Assembly (NCBI GenBank): GCA_034421335.1
Contig: DAOUKL010000055.1
Coordinates: 4,870-68,869 of the forward strand
Direction of reading: 5' to 3'
Length of the DNA stretch: 64,000 bases
DNA from: Dehalococcoidia bacterium
GTDB taxonomy: Bacteria; Chloroflexota; Dehalococcoidia; Lucifugimonadales; Australimonadaceae
Shown here: in pieces, positions 16,757-25,651 of the stretch
How the letters are laid out: each line of letters begins with the position of its first letter
How positions within the stretch are numbered: position 1 is the stretch's first letter
Notes under the pieces: generated by a model
Told to the model about the DNA's origin: nothing
Databases searched by the model: none
The model's input: only the letters and a program-made list of their open reading frames with translations
Made by a program: the position numbers and the translations under genes

Positions 16757-18568
16757 ATGCGTAGCGCGCTGAAGCTCCTTCCGGTACTGCTCCTCCTTCC
16801 CCTCGCGGCAGGCTGCGATTCGACTCCCTCATCCACGCCGACGCCCCCGACCACCCCCGGGCTGGGCTCCCTCAACCCCGGCTCCCCCGCACCCACGCCT
16901 ACGCCTGAGCCTCCCACGTCGACGCCGACGCCGCCTGATGAGGAAGAAGTGCTCACGATCCTCTACTGGCAGGCCCCGTCGCTGCCCGGCCCATACCTCT
17001 CCAGCGGCTTCAAGGACAGGGACGCCGGCGCCGTGACCCTTGAGCCGCTCGCCGTATACGACCCCGACGGCGTCCTGACCCCCGTGCTGGCGTCGGAGGT
17101 CCCGACCCTGGAGAACGGCGGGGTCGCGCAGGACTTGCTGTCGATCACGTGGACGCTGCGGGAGGGGCTGCGCTGGTCGGACGGCAGCCCCTTGACGGCG
17201 GACGACGTGGTCTTCACCTGGCGCTACTGCGCCGACCACGAAACGGGATGCACCGGCGCCGACGCGTTCGAAGGCATCGCCTCGGTGGAGGCCCTCGACG
17301 AACTCACGGTGAGGATCACGTTCGAAGAGCCCACGCCCTACCCCTACAACGCGTTCGTCTCCACCAGTTCGCCCGTAATCAGCCGGGAGCAGTTCGCCGA
17401 CTGCGTCGGAGCCGTCGCCACAACCTGCGACGAGCAGAACTACGCGCCTCTCGGCTCCGGCCCTTACCGCATAGTCAGCTTTCAGCCCAACTCCGAAGCC
17501 GAGTACGAGCGCAACCCGTTCTACCGCGGTCCGGCGCCCTTCTTCGACCGCGTCGTTCTGAAGGGAGGCGGCGACGCGCTCTCGGCGGCGCGCGCCGTCC
17601 TGGAAGCGGGCGAAGCGGACTTCGCCTGGAACCTGCAGGTCGGGCCGGAAGCGCTGGCGGAGATGGAAGCGGCGGGCAAGGGAACGGTGGTTTCGGCGTT
17701 CGCCAGCATCGTGGAGCGCATCGTCGTCAACCAGACCAACCCCGACCCCGCACTGGGCGAGAACCGCTCTGAGCACATGGAGGGGACGAACCCTCACCCC
17801 TTCCTTACGTTCGCCCCGATTCGACAGGCCATGTCCATGGCGATAGACCGCAGCCTCCTCGCGGAACGGCTGTACGGGTTCGCCGGGGAGCCGACGTGCA
17901 ACATCGTGGCAGGCCCACCGGCCTACGTCTCGAACGCAAACGACGGCTGTCTCGCCCAAGACATCGAGGGAGCGAACCGCCTGCTCGACGAGAATGGCGT
18001 GCTGGACTCCGACGGCGACGGCGTGCGCGAGCACAACGGAGCTCCGCTGCGCATCGTCTACCAGACTTCGACGAACGCGGTAAGGCAGGAGACGCAGGCG
18101 CTCATCCGCGATTGGTGGCGCGGGATAGGCGTCGAGACCGAAATAACGCATCACGACGCCGCCCTCTTCTTCGGCGGCGACCCCGTCGACAACGCCGAGG
18201 AGTCGTTCCGGAGGTTCTTCGCAGACGTGCAGATGTACGCCTCAAGTTCAGGAGTCGACCCTCAGCAATACCTGTTCGGCTACCTGTGCGGACACATTCA
18301 GGCGCGCGAGAACAACTGGGCCGACGGCAACAACGCCCGCTCGTGCAATCCCGCCTACGACGACCTTTACGCCCGGTTCGCCGGCGCAAGCATCGGGCCG
18401 GAGCGCACGGAACTCATCAAGCAGCTGAACGACCTGCACGTGGGGAGCTACGTCGAGATCCCGCTGGTGAACCGGGGGCAGGTCGCCGCGCGCCTGAACA
18501 CGCTGCAGGGCGTCCGGGCCAACGCGTGGGACAGCGACCTCTGGAACATCGCCGAGTGGCGCCGCTGA
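16757..18568 (+). CDS. ABC transporter substrate-binding lipoprotein, family 5 (peptide/nickel type)
   Basis: 603 aa. Lipobox LLLLPLAAGC followed by a Pro/Thr-rich linker and a family-5 binding-domain pattern. No permease or ATPase gene adjacent. Confidence 0.85.
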   Translation: MRSALKLLPVLLLLPLAAGCDSTPSSTPTPPTTPGLGSLNPGSPAPTPTPEPPTSTPTPPDEEEVLTILYWQAPSLPGPYLSSGFKDRDAGAVTLEPLAVYDPDGVLTPVLASEVPTLENGGVAQDLLSITWTLREGLRWSDGSPLTADDVVFTWRYCADHETGCTGADAFEGIASVEALDELTVRITFEEPTPYPYNAFVSTSSPVISREQFADCVGAVATTCDEQNYAPLGSGPYRIVSFQPNSEAEYERNPFYRGPAPFFDRVVLKGGGDALSAARAVLEAGEADFAWNLQVGPEALAEMEAAGKGTVVSAFASIVERIVVNQTNPDPALGENRSEHMEGTNPHPFLTFAPIRQAMSMAIDRSLLAERLYGFAGEPTCNIVAGPPAYVSNANDGCLAQDIEGANRLLDENGVLDSDGDGVREHNGAPLRIVYQTSTNAVRQETQALIRDWWRGIGVETEITHHDAALFFGGDPVDNAEESFRRFFADVQMYASSSGVDPQQYLFGYLCGHIQARENNWADGNNARSCNPAYDDLYARFAGASIGPERTELIKQLNDLHVGSYVEIPLVNRGQVAARLNTLQGVRANAWDSDLWNIAEWRR

Positions 18569-18636
18569 ACCGCTTCTCCGTTCCTCCGTTCGCGTTTCCA
18601 CTTTCGCAGGCATAGCGAACGGGGTAGACTGCCGCC

Positions 18637-19287
18637 ATGGCGGATACTCCCGAACTGCGCTATCTGCGGTTGTTCCCTCTGCAGGCGGTCGTGCTCTTCC
18701 CCGGCATGGAGTTGCCGCTCGTCGTCTTCGAGCCGCGCTACCTCCAGCTCACGCAGGAGTGCACCCAGAGCGACGAGCCGTTCGGCGTGCTCCTGCTGAA
18801 GGAGGGAGCCGAGGTCGGCCCCAACGACAGCGACCCGTTCGAGGTCGGCTCCACCGCGCACATCCGGCGCACGGAGGCGATGGGCGACGGCCGCATCGCC
18901 GTCATCGCCGTGGGAGGCCAGCGCTTCAAGGTGCGCTCCTTCATCCGCGACAACCCGTACCTTGCCGCCGAGGTCGAGATGCTCGACGATCACGACGACA
19001 TGATCGACCCGTCGCTCGTCGACAACGTGCGGTGGGACGCTATGGCGTTCGTGCGTCAGCTCGTCGCGTCGCGCGGCGGCTACGTGCGCAACGTATCGCT
19101 CCCTGACGACCCCGCGTCGCTTTCGTACCAGGTGGCGCAGCTGTTCCAGGGAAACCCGGAGGTCCAGCAGCGCCTGCTCGAGCTCCCCACGTTCGACCGC
19201 TTGTGGGACGAACTGGAGCTCATCAAGAACGCGCGCAAGCAGGTGCGGGGCCGCTCCGGCCCGGGCCGGTCGTTCTCGGCGAATTAG
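18637..19287 (+). CDS. Lon N-terminal (LON substrate-binding) domain protein
   Basis: 216 aa. LFPLQAVVLFPGMELPLVVFEPRY matches the Lon N-domain. No AAA+ or protease domain. Confidence 0.8.
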   Translation: MADTPELRYLRLFPLQAVVLFPGMELPLVVFEPRYLQLTQECTQSDEPFGVLLLKEGAEVGPNDSDPFEVGSTAHIRRTEAMGDGRIAVIAVGGQRFKVRSFIRDNPYLAAEVEMLDDHDDMIDPSLVDNVRWDAMAFVRQLVASRGGYVRNVSLPDDPASLSYQVAQLFQGNPEVQQRLLELPTFDRLWDELELIKNARKQVRGRSGPGRSFSAN

Positions 19288-19293
19288 CCCGGG

Positions 19294-19848
19294 CTAGTTG
19301 AGCGCGTCGGCGGCCACGTAGGCGGCTGCGAGCATCATGGAGGCCAGCGTCTTGGCGTCGTTCACCTGGCCGTCGCGCGCCATTTCCACCAGACGCTCGA
19401 ACGGGATGCGGACCACTTCGATCCGCTCGTCGACATCGGCGGGCAGCGGGTCCTCAAACAGCCCCGTCGCGATGAACGAGAAGAGCTGCTCGCTCATCGA
19501 GCCGGGCGCCGCGAAGAAGTCGCCCAGCGGCGACAGACGCTCGCAGTTCAGCCCGGTCTCTTCGCGCAGCTCGCGGCGCGCCGCGACGGCCGGGTCCTGC
19601 TCGCCGGCGTTCATCACGCCCGCCGGCAGTTCGAGCAACTCCCGACCCGCCGCCTTCCGGTACTGCCGCACGAGCACTACATTGCCGTCGGCGTCGACCG
19701 GCACGATCACCACCGAGTTCGGGTGATGCACGATGTCCCGCAGTGTTTCCGAGCCGTCGTCGAGGCGCACGCGCTCAACGCGCACGGTGAGACGCGTGCC
19801 GACGAACTCGCCCTCGACGGCGACGGTGGGCTCCCGCTCATCGGCCAT
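19294..19848 (-). CDS. NUDIX hydrolase (ADP-ribose pyrophosphatase-like)
   Basis: 184 aa. Nudix box GVMNAGEQDPAVAARRELREETG. Confidence 0.85.
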   Translation of the reverse strand: MADEREPTVAVEGEFVGTRLTVRVERVRLDDGSETLRDIVHHPNSVVIVPVDADGNVVLVRQYRKAAGRELLELPAGVMNAGEQDPAVAARRELREETGLNCERLSPLGDFFAAPGSMSEQLFSFIATGLFEDPLPADVDERIEVVRIPFERLVEMARDGQVNDAKTLASMMLAAAYVAADALN

Positions 19849-20728
19849 TCCGCGCCTCCTCCTCGGCGAGCAGCCGGGCGATGCTCCTCGATTGGTCGGC
19901 GCCGCGCCGCAAGCGGTACACCAGCGTTTCGTAGAACCTGTCGGGCGGGCCGGCGCGCAGGAACCGCGCCCGGCGGCCGCTCCCCGTCACCACCGCCGAG
20001 TCTCCGCGCGCCAGCGGCGTCTCCACGAAGCCGTCCGCCGTCATGAGTCCATCGTGGTCGCTCTTCACCACCAGCTCCACCGAGCAGTCGCCCGGCACGA
20101 CGACGGGAGCGTCGAGGTCGCCGTGCGTCGCCACGGGCGCGACGACCATATCGCCCGACGCGGGATAGAGGATGGGCCCGCCCACGGCGAGGGAGTACGC
20201 GGTGCTGCCCGTCGCGGTCGAAACGATCACCGCGTCGGCCTGGTAGGTGGTCATCTCGAAGCCGTTGACCGAGACGCCGATGCGGGCCAGGTGGGCGATG
20301 CGCGCCCTGCCGACGACCACGTCATTGAGCACGTAAACGGGGCTGCTCTCGCCCTCGGCGGTGCGGGTTACGCACTGCGCCATGCGTCGCTCGTCGATCC
20401 AGGCGAACTCGCCGGCGAGGTAGCGGGGCACGAGTTCGAGGGCGTCGGCGGCTTCGATCTCGGTGAGGAAGCCGAGGCGTCCGAGGTTGACGCCGAGCAG
20501 GGGCACGTCGGCCTCGGCGGCCATGCGCGCGGCGCGGAGGAGCGTGCCGTCGCCGCCGACGGTGATGAGCACGTCGGGCGCCATGTCGGCGAGCCGCATC
20601 TCGCCGTCGCCGGTCGAGTGGAGCGGGTGGCGCGCGCCCAGTGCCTCCGCCAGGGCCCCGGCCAGCGGCGCCGCCCGCTCGGAGTCGGCGTTGTAGAGGA
20701 TGGCTGCGTTGCTCGCGTCGATGGACAC
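19838..20728 (-). CDS. nadK: NAD kinase
   Basis: 296 aa with GTG start. GGDGTLL motif (VGGDGTLLRAARM). 3' end overlaps the NUDIX gene start by 11 nt. Confidence 0.9.
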   Translation of the reverse strand: MSIDASNAAILYNADSERAAPLAGALAEALGARHPLHSTGDGEMRLADMAPDVLITVGGDGTLLRAARMAAEADVPLLGVNLGRLGFLTEIEAADALELVPRYLAGEFAWIDERRMAQCVTRTAEGESSPVYVLNDVVVGRARIAHLARIGVSVNGFEMTTYQADAVIVSTATGSTAYSLAVGGPILYPASGDMVVAPVATHGDLDAPVVVPGDCSVELVVKSDHDGLMTADGFVETPLARGDSAVVTGSGRRARFLRAGPPDRFYETLVYRLRRGADQSRSIARLLAEEEARNGR

Positions 20729-20757
20729 GGGAAGGATTATAGCGGGCCGGGCGCCTA

Positions 20758-20794
20758 CCCTCTCCCCTCCCCTCCCTCAAGACGGGGAAGGGAG
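20758..20794. repeat. Intergenic hairpin repeat, module B variant
   Basis: ccctctcccctcccctccctcaagacggggaagggag, in the divergent nadK/ispH intergenic region. Confidence 0.6.
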
Positions 20795-20834
20795 TTTGTG
20801 CGCGCTGGTATCATGGAGCGAGAGGTGAGCAGCG

Positions 20835-21758
20835 ATGAAAGTTCTCATGAGCGCTCCGCGCGGGTTCTGCGCCGGCGTCGTCCGGGCCATCGACATCGTC
20901 GAGATCGCCATCGAGCGGTTCGGAGCGCCTGTCTACGTGCGGCACGAAATCGTGCACAACCACTACGTCGTCAACAGCCTTCGGGCGAAGGGGGCCATCT
21001 TCATCGAGGAGGTCGACGAGGCGCCGGACGGCGCGACGATCATCTTCAGCGCCCACGGCGTCGCTCCCCAGGTGTGGGAGGCCGCAGACAAGCGCGGGCT
21101 GAAGGTCATCGACGCCACCTGCCCGCTCGTCACCAAGGTGCACCTCGAATCGCAGAAGTACGCCCGCGAGGGCTATTCCATCCTGGTCGTCGGTCACGAG
21201 GGGCACCCGGAAGTCGTCGGCACCATGGGGCAGTCTCCGGACGTTTCGCTGCTGGTGAACGACGCGTCGGAGGCGGCGCGGATGGAAGTCGCCAACCCCG
21301 ACCGCGTGGTCGCGCTCACGCAGACGACGTTGTCGGTCGACGATACGCGCGAAGTCATGGAAGTGCTTCGGGGGCGGTTCCCGTCGATCGAGGCGCGGAA
21401 CGACATCTGCTACGCGACGACGAACCGTCAGGAGGCGGTGAAGGAGCTGGCGAAGCAGGTCGACCTCGTGCTGGTGGTCGGGGCCGCGAACAGCTCGAAC
21501 TGCAACCGCCTTCGCGAGGTCGCCGAACTCGCCGGACTCCCGGCCTACCTCATTGCCGACGCCTCGCAGATCGACCCCGCGTGGATCGATGGCGTGGAGC
21601 GCGTGGGCATCACCTCCGGCGCCTCGACGCCGGAGGTGCTCGTCGAGCAGGTCATCGACTACCTGAAGCCGGACTCGGTGGACACCGTGCAGGCGAGCGA
21701 AGAGAACGTGGTGTTCGTGCTGCCCAGGGAGTTGCGAGACGCGAGGGCAGGCGGATAG
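20835..21758 (+). CDS. ispH: 4-hydroxy-3-methylbut-2-enyl diphosphate reductase
   Basis: 307 aa. MKVLMSAPRGFCAGV N-terminus and three conserved Cys contexts (FCAGV, TCPLV, ICYAT) typical of IspH/LytB. Confidence 0.95.
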   Translation: MKVLMSAPRGFCAGVVRAIDIVEIAIERFGAPVYVRHEIVHNHYVVNSLRAKGAIFIEEVDEAPDGATIIFSAHGVAPQVWEAADKRGLKVIDATCPLVTKVHLESQKYAREGYSILVVGHEGHPEVVGTMGQSPDVSLLVNDASEAARMEVANPDRVVALTQTTLSVDDTREVMEVLRGRFPSIEARNDICYATTNRQEAVKELAKQVDLVLVVGAANSSNCNRLREVAELAGLPAYLIADASQIDPAWIDGVERVGITSGASTPEVLVEQVIDYLKPDSVDTVQASEENVVFVLPRELRDARAGG

Positions 21759-21765
21759 GGCTGCC

Positions 21766-22863
21766 CTACCCCAACTCCTTCACTACGCCAGCGATGGTTT
21801 CGCCGGCCTTGGCCGTTCCCTCGACGGGCTGACCGCGCTCTCCGATCCGCAAACGGCCGGTCGCGAGCGACTCGGACACTGCCCTGCGGAGCAGCTCCGC
21901 CGCATCGGTCTCGCCAAGGTGGTCGAGCATCATGGCCGCGGTGAGCGTCTGCGACACCGGATTGGCGCGGTCCTGCCCGGCGATGTCCGGGGCCGAGCCG
22001 TGGATCGGCTCGAAGTACGCGTGCTCGTCGCCGATGTTGCCTGATGGGCAGAGGCCGATGCCGCCGACCGTGCCGCCGCCGAGGTCGCTGAGGATGTCGC
22101 CAAGGAAGTTCTCCATCACGAGCACGTCGAAGTGCTGCGGCCCGGCGACCAGCGCCTGCGCGGCGGCGTCGGCGTAGAGATGCTCCTTCTGGACGTGCGG
22201 GTATTCCTCGCCCACCTCGTCGAACACGCGCCGGAAGAACGCCATCGAAGGCAGCACGTTCGCCTTATCGACGCAGGTGACGCGCCGGACGCCGTCGGCG
22301 GGAGCGCCGTTCCTCCGCGCGGCGATATCGAACGCTCGCCGCGCCGCCCGTTCGACACCCTTGCGGGTGACGAGCAGCGTGTCCGCCGCCGCCGTGTCGG
22401 TCTGAACTCCCTTCCCTCGCGAGAGGTAGAGCCCCTCGGTGTTCTCGCGCACGATAACGTAGTCGATCTCGCCCGGCTCGGCCTTGAGCGGCGCAGGAAC
22501 GCCGGGCAGCAGCCGCACGGGCCGCACGTTGGCGTACGTGTCGAGCCCGATGCGGAGCACGCCGCCAAGCACGCCCGCCTCGGTGCCGTCGGGCAGCCGC
22601 ACGCTGGGAAGGCCTACCGGCCCCTTCATCGTGGCGTCCGCCTCCCTGATGGCCTCGAACGACTCTTGCGAGAGGTTGACGCCCGTCTCCCGGTAGAGCG
22701 CGGCGCCGCCGCGGTGAAACTCGATGTCGAGGCGGAACGTCCCCAGCGCCTGTTCGACGGCGCCGAGCGCCGTGAGCGCTGCGCCGACCAGCTCCGGGCC
22801 GATGCCGTCGCCTTCGATAACAACCACCTTGTGCGTGCGCGCGCCTGCCGAATCGGTCATCAT
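21766..22863 (-). CDS. Isocitrate/isopropylmalate/tartrate dehydrogenase-family enzyme
   Basis: Start moved to ATG 22863 (MMTDSAG...). IEGDGIGPE and VRENTEGLY motifs. Subfamily not assignable by eye. Confidence 0.85.
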   Translation of the reverse strand: MMTDSAGARTHKVVVIEGDGIGPELVGAALTALGAVEQALGTFRLDIEFHRGGAALYRETGVNLSQESFEAIREADATMKGPVGLPSVRLPDGTEAGVLGGVLRIGLDTYANVRPVRLLPGVPAPLKAEPGEIDYVIVRENTEGLYLSRGKGVQTDTAAADTLLVTRKGVERAARRAFDIAARRNGAPADGVRRVTCVDKANVLPSMAFFRRVFDEVGEEYPHVQKEHLYADAAAQALVAGPQHFDVLVMENFLGDILSDLGGGTVGGIGLCPSGNIGDEHAYFEPIHGSAPDIAGQDRANPVSQTLTAAMMLDHLGETDAAELLRRAVSESLATGRLRIGERGQPVEGTAKAGETIAGVVKELG

Positions 22864-22902
22864 CGCCTCCGGCTTCAGAATGCCCCTATCGTAGGAGGGA
22901 AG

Positions 22903-22931
22903 CGAGGCGCCGGGCAATCGCCGGCGCCTCG
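22903..22931. promoter_or_regulatory. Perfect 11-bp inverted repeat in a divergent promoter region
   Basis: cgaggcgccgg-gcaatcg-ccggcgcctcg, immediately upstream of a TACAAT hexamer (22937-22942) that lies 26 nt before ATG 22968. Confidence 0.3.
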
Positions 22932-22967
22932 TGGTGTACAATCTCCAAGCCCAGCCGCAGGAGCCCG

Positions 22968-23921
22968 ATGCTCGACGACGCCCAGCTCAAGGAGATCGAA
23001 CTGCAGGCCGCCGACCTCGTCCGCGGCGCCGGCGCGCTGCTCCTCGACTACTTCGACCAGCCCCTCGCCATCGATTACAAGTCCGCCAACAACCGCAATC
23101 CCGTCACCGAGGCCGACCACGCCGCCGACGACTTCCTCCGCACCGAAATCGTCAGACGCTTCCCCGAGCACGGCGTCGTAACCGAGGAAACGGAATCGGA
23201 CGACGACGACCCGCGCGAGGTGACATGGGTGGTCGACCCGCTCGACGGGACGACGAACTTCCTGCACGGGCTGCCGGTGTTCGCGTCGATGGTGGCGGCG
23301 CTGGAGCGTGGACGGCCCGTCGCAGCGGCCATCTACACCCCCCGCATCGGCGACGCCGAGGGACGCATCCTCCACGGCAGACGCGGCGGCGGCGCCTGCG
23401 AGAACGGAAGCCCCATCGCGCTCGACAATCTCGATCCTCCGCGCCGTATGGCGGCGGTCCCCGGCTACTTCCTGCGGATGTTCAGCCAGCACCGGCGCCT
23501 CCGGCGCAGGATGGGCGACTTGCGGACGACGGGCAGTGCGGGGTTCGAGCTGTCAATGACCGCCCGGGGCGTGTTCGATTACGTGGTGTTCAACGGCCCG
23601 ATGGTGTGGGACCTCGCGGCGGGCGTGCTGCTCGTGCAGGAGGCGGGCGGCGTGGCGCGCCTGCGCAACCCGCGGACCAGGCGGTGGGCGCCCTTCGAGA
23701 CGTTCGCTCCCGTCGCCGATCAGAGCCCGCGTCCGAGCGAACTGCGGAAGTGGCGCGGCGCGATGGCGCTGGGCAAACCCCCGGTAGTCGAGCAGATCAC
23801 GTCGGGCATCACGCCGCGCTCGTACCCCATTCGCGCCCTCCAGCGGAAGGTCGGCGGACTGCTCGGAAGGGGTGAGCCACCCGGCCCGCCTCCGCCGCGG
23901 CGACCGCCGCCGTCCGGCTAG
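22968..23921 (+). CDS. Inositol monophosphatase-family protein
   Basis: 317 aa. WVVDPLDGTTNF motif and a Pro-rich C-terminal tail. Confidence 0.85.
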   Translation: MLDDAQLKEIELQAADLVRGAGALLLDYFDQPLAIDYKSANNRNPVTEADHAADDFLRTEIVRRFPEHGVVTEETESDDDDPREVTWVVDPLDGTTNFLHGLPVFASMVAALERGRPVAAAIYTPRIGDAEGRILHGRRGGGACENGSPIALDNLDPPRRMAAVPGYFLRMFSQHRRLRRRMGDLRTTGSAGFELSMTARGVFDYVVFNGPMVWDLAAGVLLVQEAGGVARLRNPRTRRWAPFETFAPVADQSPRPSELRKWRGAMALGKPPVVEQITSGITPRSYPIRALQRKVGGLLGRGEPPGPPPPRRPPPSG

Positions 23922-23946
23922 CTGCCTATCCTCAGCGGTCAGGCGT

Positions 23947-23984
23947 CCCCTCTCCCCTGGCGGGAGAGGGCTAGGGTGAGGGGG
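23947..23984. repeat. Hairpin repeat flanking the DUF559 gene (left copy, inverted relative to right copy)
   Basis: ccctctccc-ctggc-gggagaggg followed by ctagggtgaggggg. The last codons and stop of the DUF559 gene lie inside it. Confidence 0.65.
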
Positions 23985-24318
23985 AAAGTCCCAGAACAGC
24001 CATAGCTATCGCCTCCCGCACGGCGTCCGTCTCTTGCAAGACCTGATTGTTCCAGAACCTCATCACTCTGAAACCTTGAGTCTCTAACCAGGCAGTGCGC
24101 CCAGCGTCATAGTCCGCCAGTTCCGCGTGCTGTCCGCCATCCACTTCTATGACGAGTCTGCTCTCGAAGCATACGAAGTCCACGATGTAGGGGCCTATCG
24201 GCCCTTGTCTGCGAAATCTGCTACCCGCCACTTGGCGGTTGCGCAGGATGTTCCACAAGGCTCTCTCGGCGTCTGTGGAACTTTTTCTGAGTTGGCGTGC
24301 TCTGGGAATGTTGTTCAT
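23971..24318 (-). CDS. DUF559 (Vsr-like) endonuclease domain protein
   Basis: 115 aa. Pattern ...PYIVDFVC...LVIEVDGGQH...D..R...L...GFRVMRFWN... is typical of DUF559. I counted 196 G+C in 348 nt (about 56 percent), clearly below its surroundings. Confidence 0.85.
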   Translation of the reverse strand: MNNIPRARQLRKSSTDAERALWNILRNRQVAGSRFRRQGPIGPYIVDFVCFESRLVIEVDGGQHAELADYDAGRTAWLETQGFRVMRFWNNQVLQETDAVREAIAMAVLGLSPSP

Positions 24319-24327
24319 GGATTGCGT

Positions 24328-24365
24328 TCACCCCCATCCTAACCTTCCCCCATCAAGGGGGAAGG
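24328..24365. repeat. Hairpin repeat flanking the DUF559 gene (right copy)
   Basis: tcacccccatcctaa followed by ccttccccc-atcaa-gggggaagg. Same architecture as the reverse complement of 23947-23984. Confidence 0.65.
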
Positions 24366-24381
24366 AACCAGATGACCAGCC

Positions 24382-25158
24382 CTACAGCCAGGGGTAGGGC
24401 AGGTCACGGCGGGTGCTGGGCGTGGGGAGCATGGGGTCGTCCAGCAGGCGGCGCAGGCGGGCGAGCAGCGCGGACGCCTCCTGTTCGTTGAGCTTGCCGG
24501 CGAGCGCCTGCGCCAGCGGGCCATCGCCGGACGCAAGGTCGTCCGCTGCGCGGGCGGCGTCCGCCAGCAGGGGGTCCGGGACGGGGCTGCCGCCGAAGTC
24601 CCATATCACCGTTCGCAGTTTGTGGGCAGCGTTGAACGTGAGGCCGTTGTCCACGGCCCAGACGCGGTCATCGGGGCCGATGAAGCAGTGGCCGCCCTTG
24701 CGGTCGGCGTTGTTGGCGATGAGGTCGAACACGGCGAGGCGCAGGCACTCCTCCTCGCGTCCGTCGCGGAACGTGAAGAAGTTGGAGTCCGGGCCGTGGG
24801 GAACGAACAGCTGGAGCGAGCCCTCGCCGGCCTCGCCTTCGCGCTCGACGGTCGGGGGGATGAGGCCCCAGCCGAGCGCCTTGCCCAGTTCGTAGGCGGC
24901 GCATTCGCGGTGGTGGAGCGTGCCGATGGGGAAGTCCCACAGCGGGGCCTCGCCGGAGCGCGGCTTGTAGACGCCGTGGGCCCGGCGACCGTCGAGTTCG
25001 AGCTCAACGACGAACGTGTAGTTCGACGCGTCTGGATGCAGCCAGCCGTCGCCGATGGCCGCCTCCCGGACGAACTGCTCGGCGTCGGGAGCGGACGGGA
25101 GCACGTCATGGCGTCCCGACTCGATCTGCTCGCGGGGATAACGGGCGAAGAGAGGCAT
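24382..25158 (-). CDS. PI3/PI4-kinase-like protein resembling the SCO1664 family
   Basis: Start moved to ATG 25158 (TGATG overlap with the upstream stop). Motifs NNADRKGGH and VDNGLTF. Family name from memory. Confidence 0.75.
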   Translation of the reverse strand: MPLFARYPREQIESGRHDVLPSAPDAEQFVREAAIGDGWLHPDASNYTFVVELELDGRRAHGVYKPRSGEAPLWDFPIGTLHHRECAAYELGKALGWGLIPPTVEREGEAGEGSLQLFVPHGPDSNFFTFRDGREEECLRLAVFDLIANNADRKGGHCFIGPDDRVWAVDNGLTFNAAHKLRTVIWDFGGSPVPDPLLADAARAADDLASGDGPLAQALAGKLNEQEASALLARLRRLLDDPMLPTPSTRRDLPYPWL

Positions 25159-25649
25159 CAGTTGGCGCGGGGGCAGGCGTGCGCTTTGCCGTCGCGCTGC
25201 ATGGGGCCTCCGCAGAGGACGCACCGGGCGCGTCCGGCGTCGTGCACCTCGAACGCCCGATCTGCGAGCCAGTCCATAACTTCCGTGTCGGCCCACATCG
25301 CGATGGCGTCGTCCTCCTCCTCGGAGACCTGCGCGAGGATCATGTAACGGTCCGACCGCCTGTCGTGTCCGAGGGAGAGGGCGGTCACCTTGCAGTTGAA
25401 GTCGGCCTTGAAGGCGGCGCTGGCGCCGGCGACGGGCTCGCCCGTCTCGCGCACGGAGGTGCGGAGCATCCGCTTGATGGCGAGAGCGAGCTCGTAGAGC
25501 TCCTCCTTTTCGAGCCACAGCAGGGCGGAGCCGTTCTCACCGTCGGCGTAGAGCCGGAAGGTGCGCTGGCCGGGAGAGCCGACGTACTCAGGCTCGACCA
25601 AGGAGCAGTTGCCGAGGTCGTGCCGGGCGTATGCGCGGTCGTCCGCCAT
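25158..25649 (-). CDS. DUF3090-like protein
   Basis: 163 aa with C-terminal zinc-ribbon-like CVLCGGPM...HACP. Starts 2 nt after the prs stop. Family name from memory. Confidence 0.75.
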   Translation of the reverse strand: MADDRAYARHDLGNCSLVEPEYVGSPGQRTFRLYADGENGSALLWLEKEELYELALAIKRMLRTSVRETGEPVAGASAAFKADFNCKVTALSLGHDRRSDRYMILAQVSEEEDDAIAMWADTEVMDWLADRAFEVHDAGRARCVLCGGPMQRDGKAHACPRAN

Positions 25650-25651
25650 GG

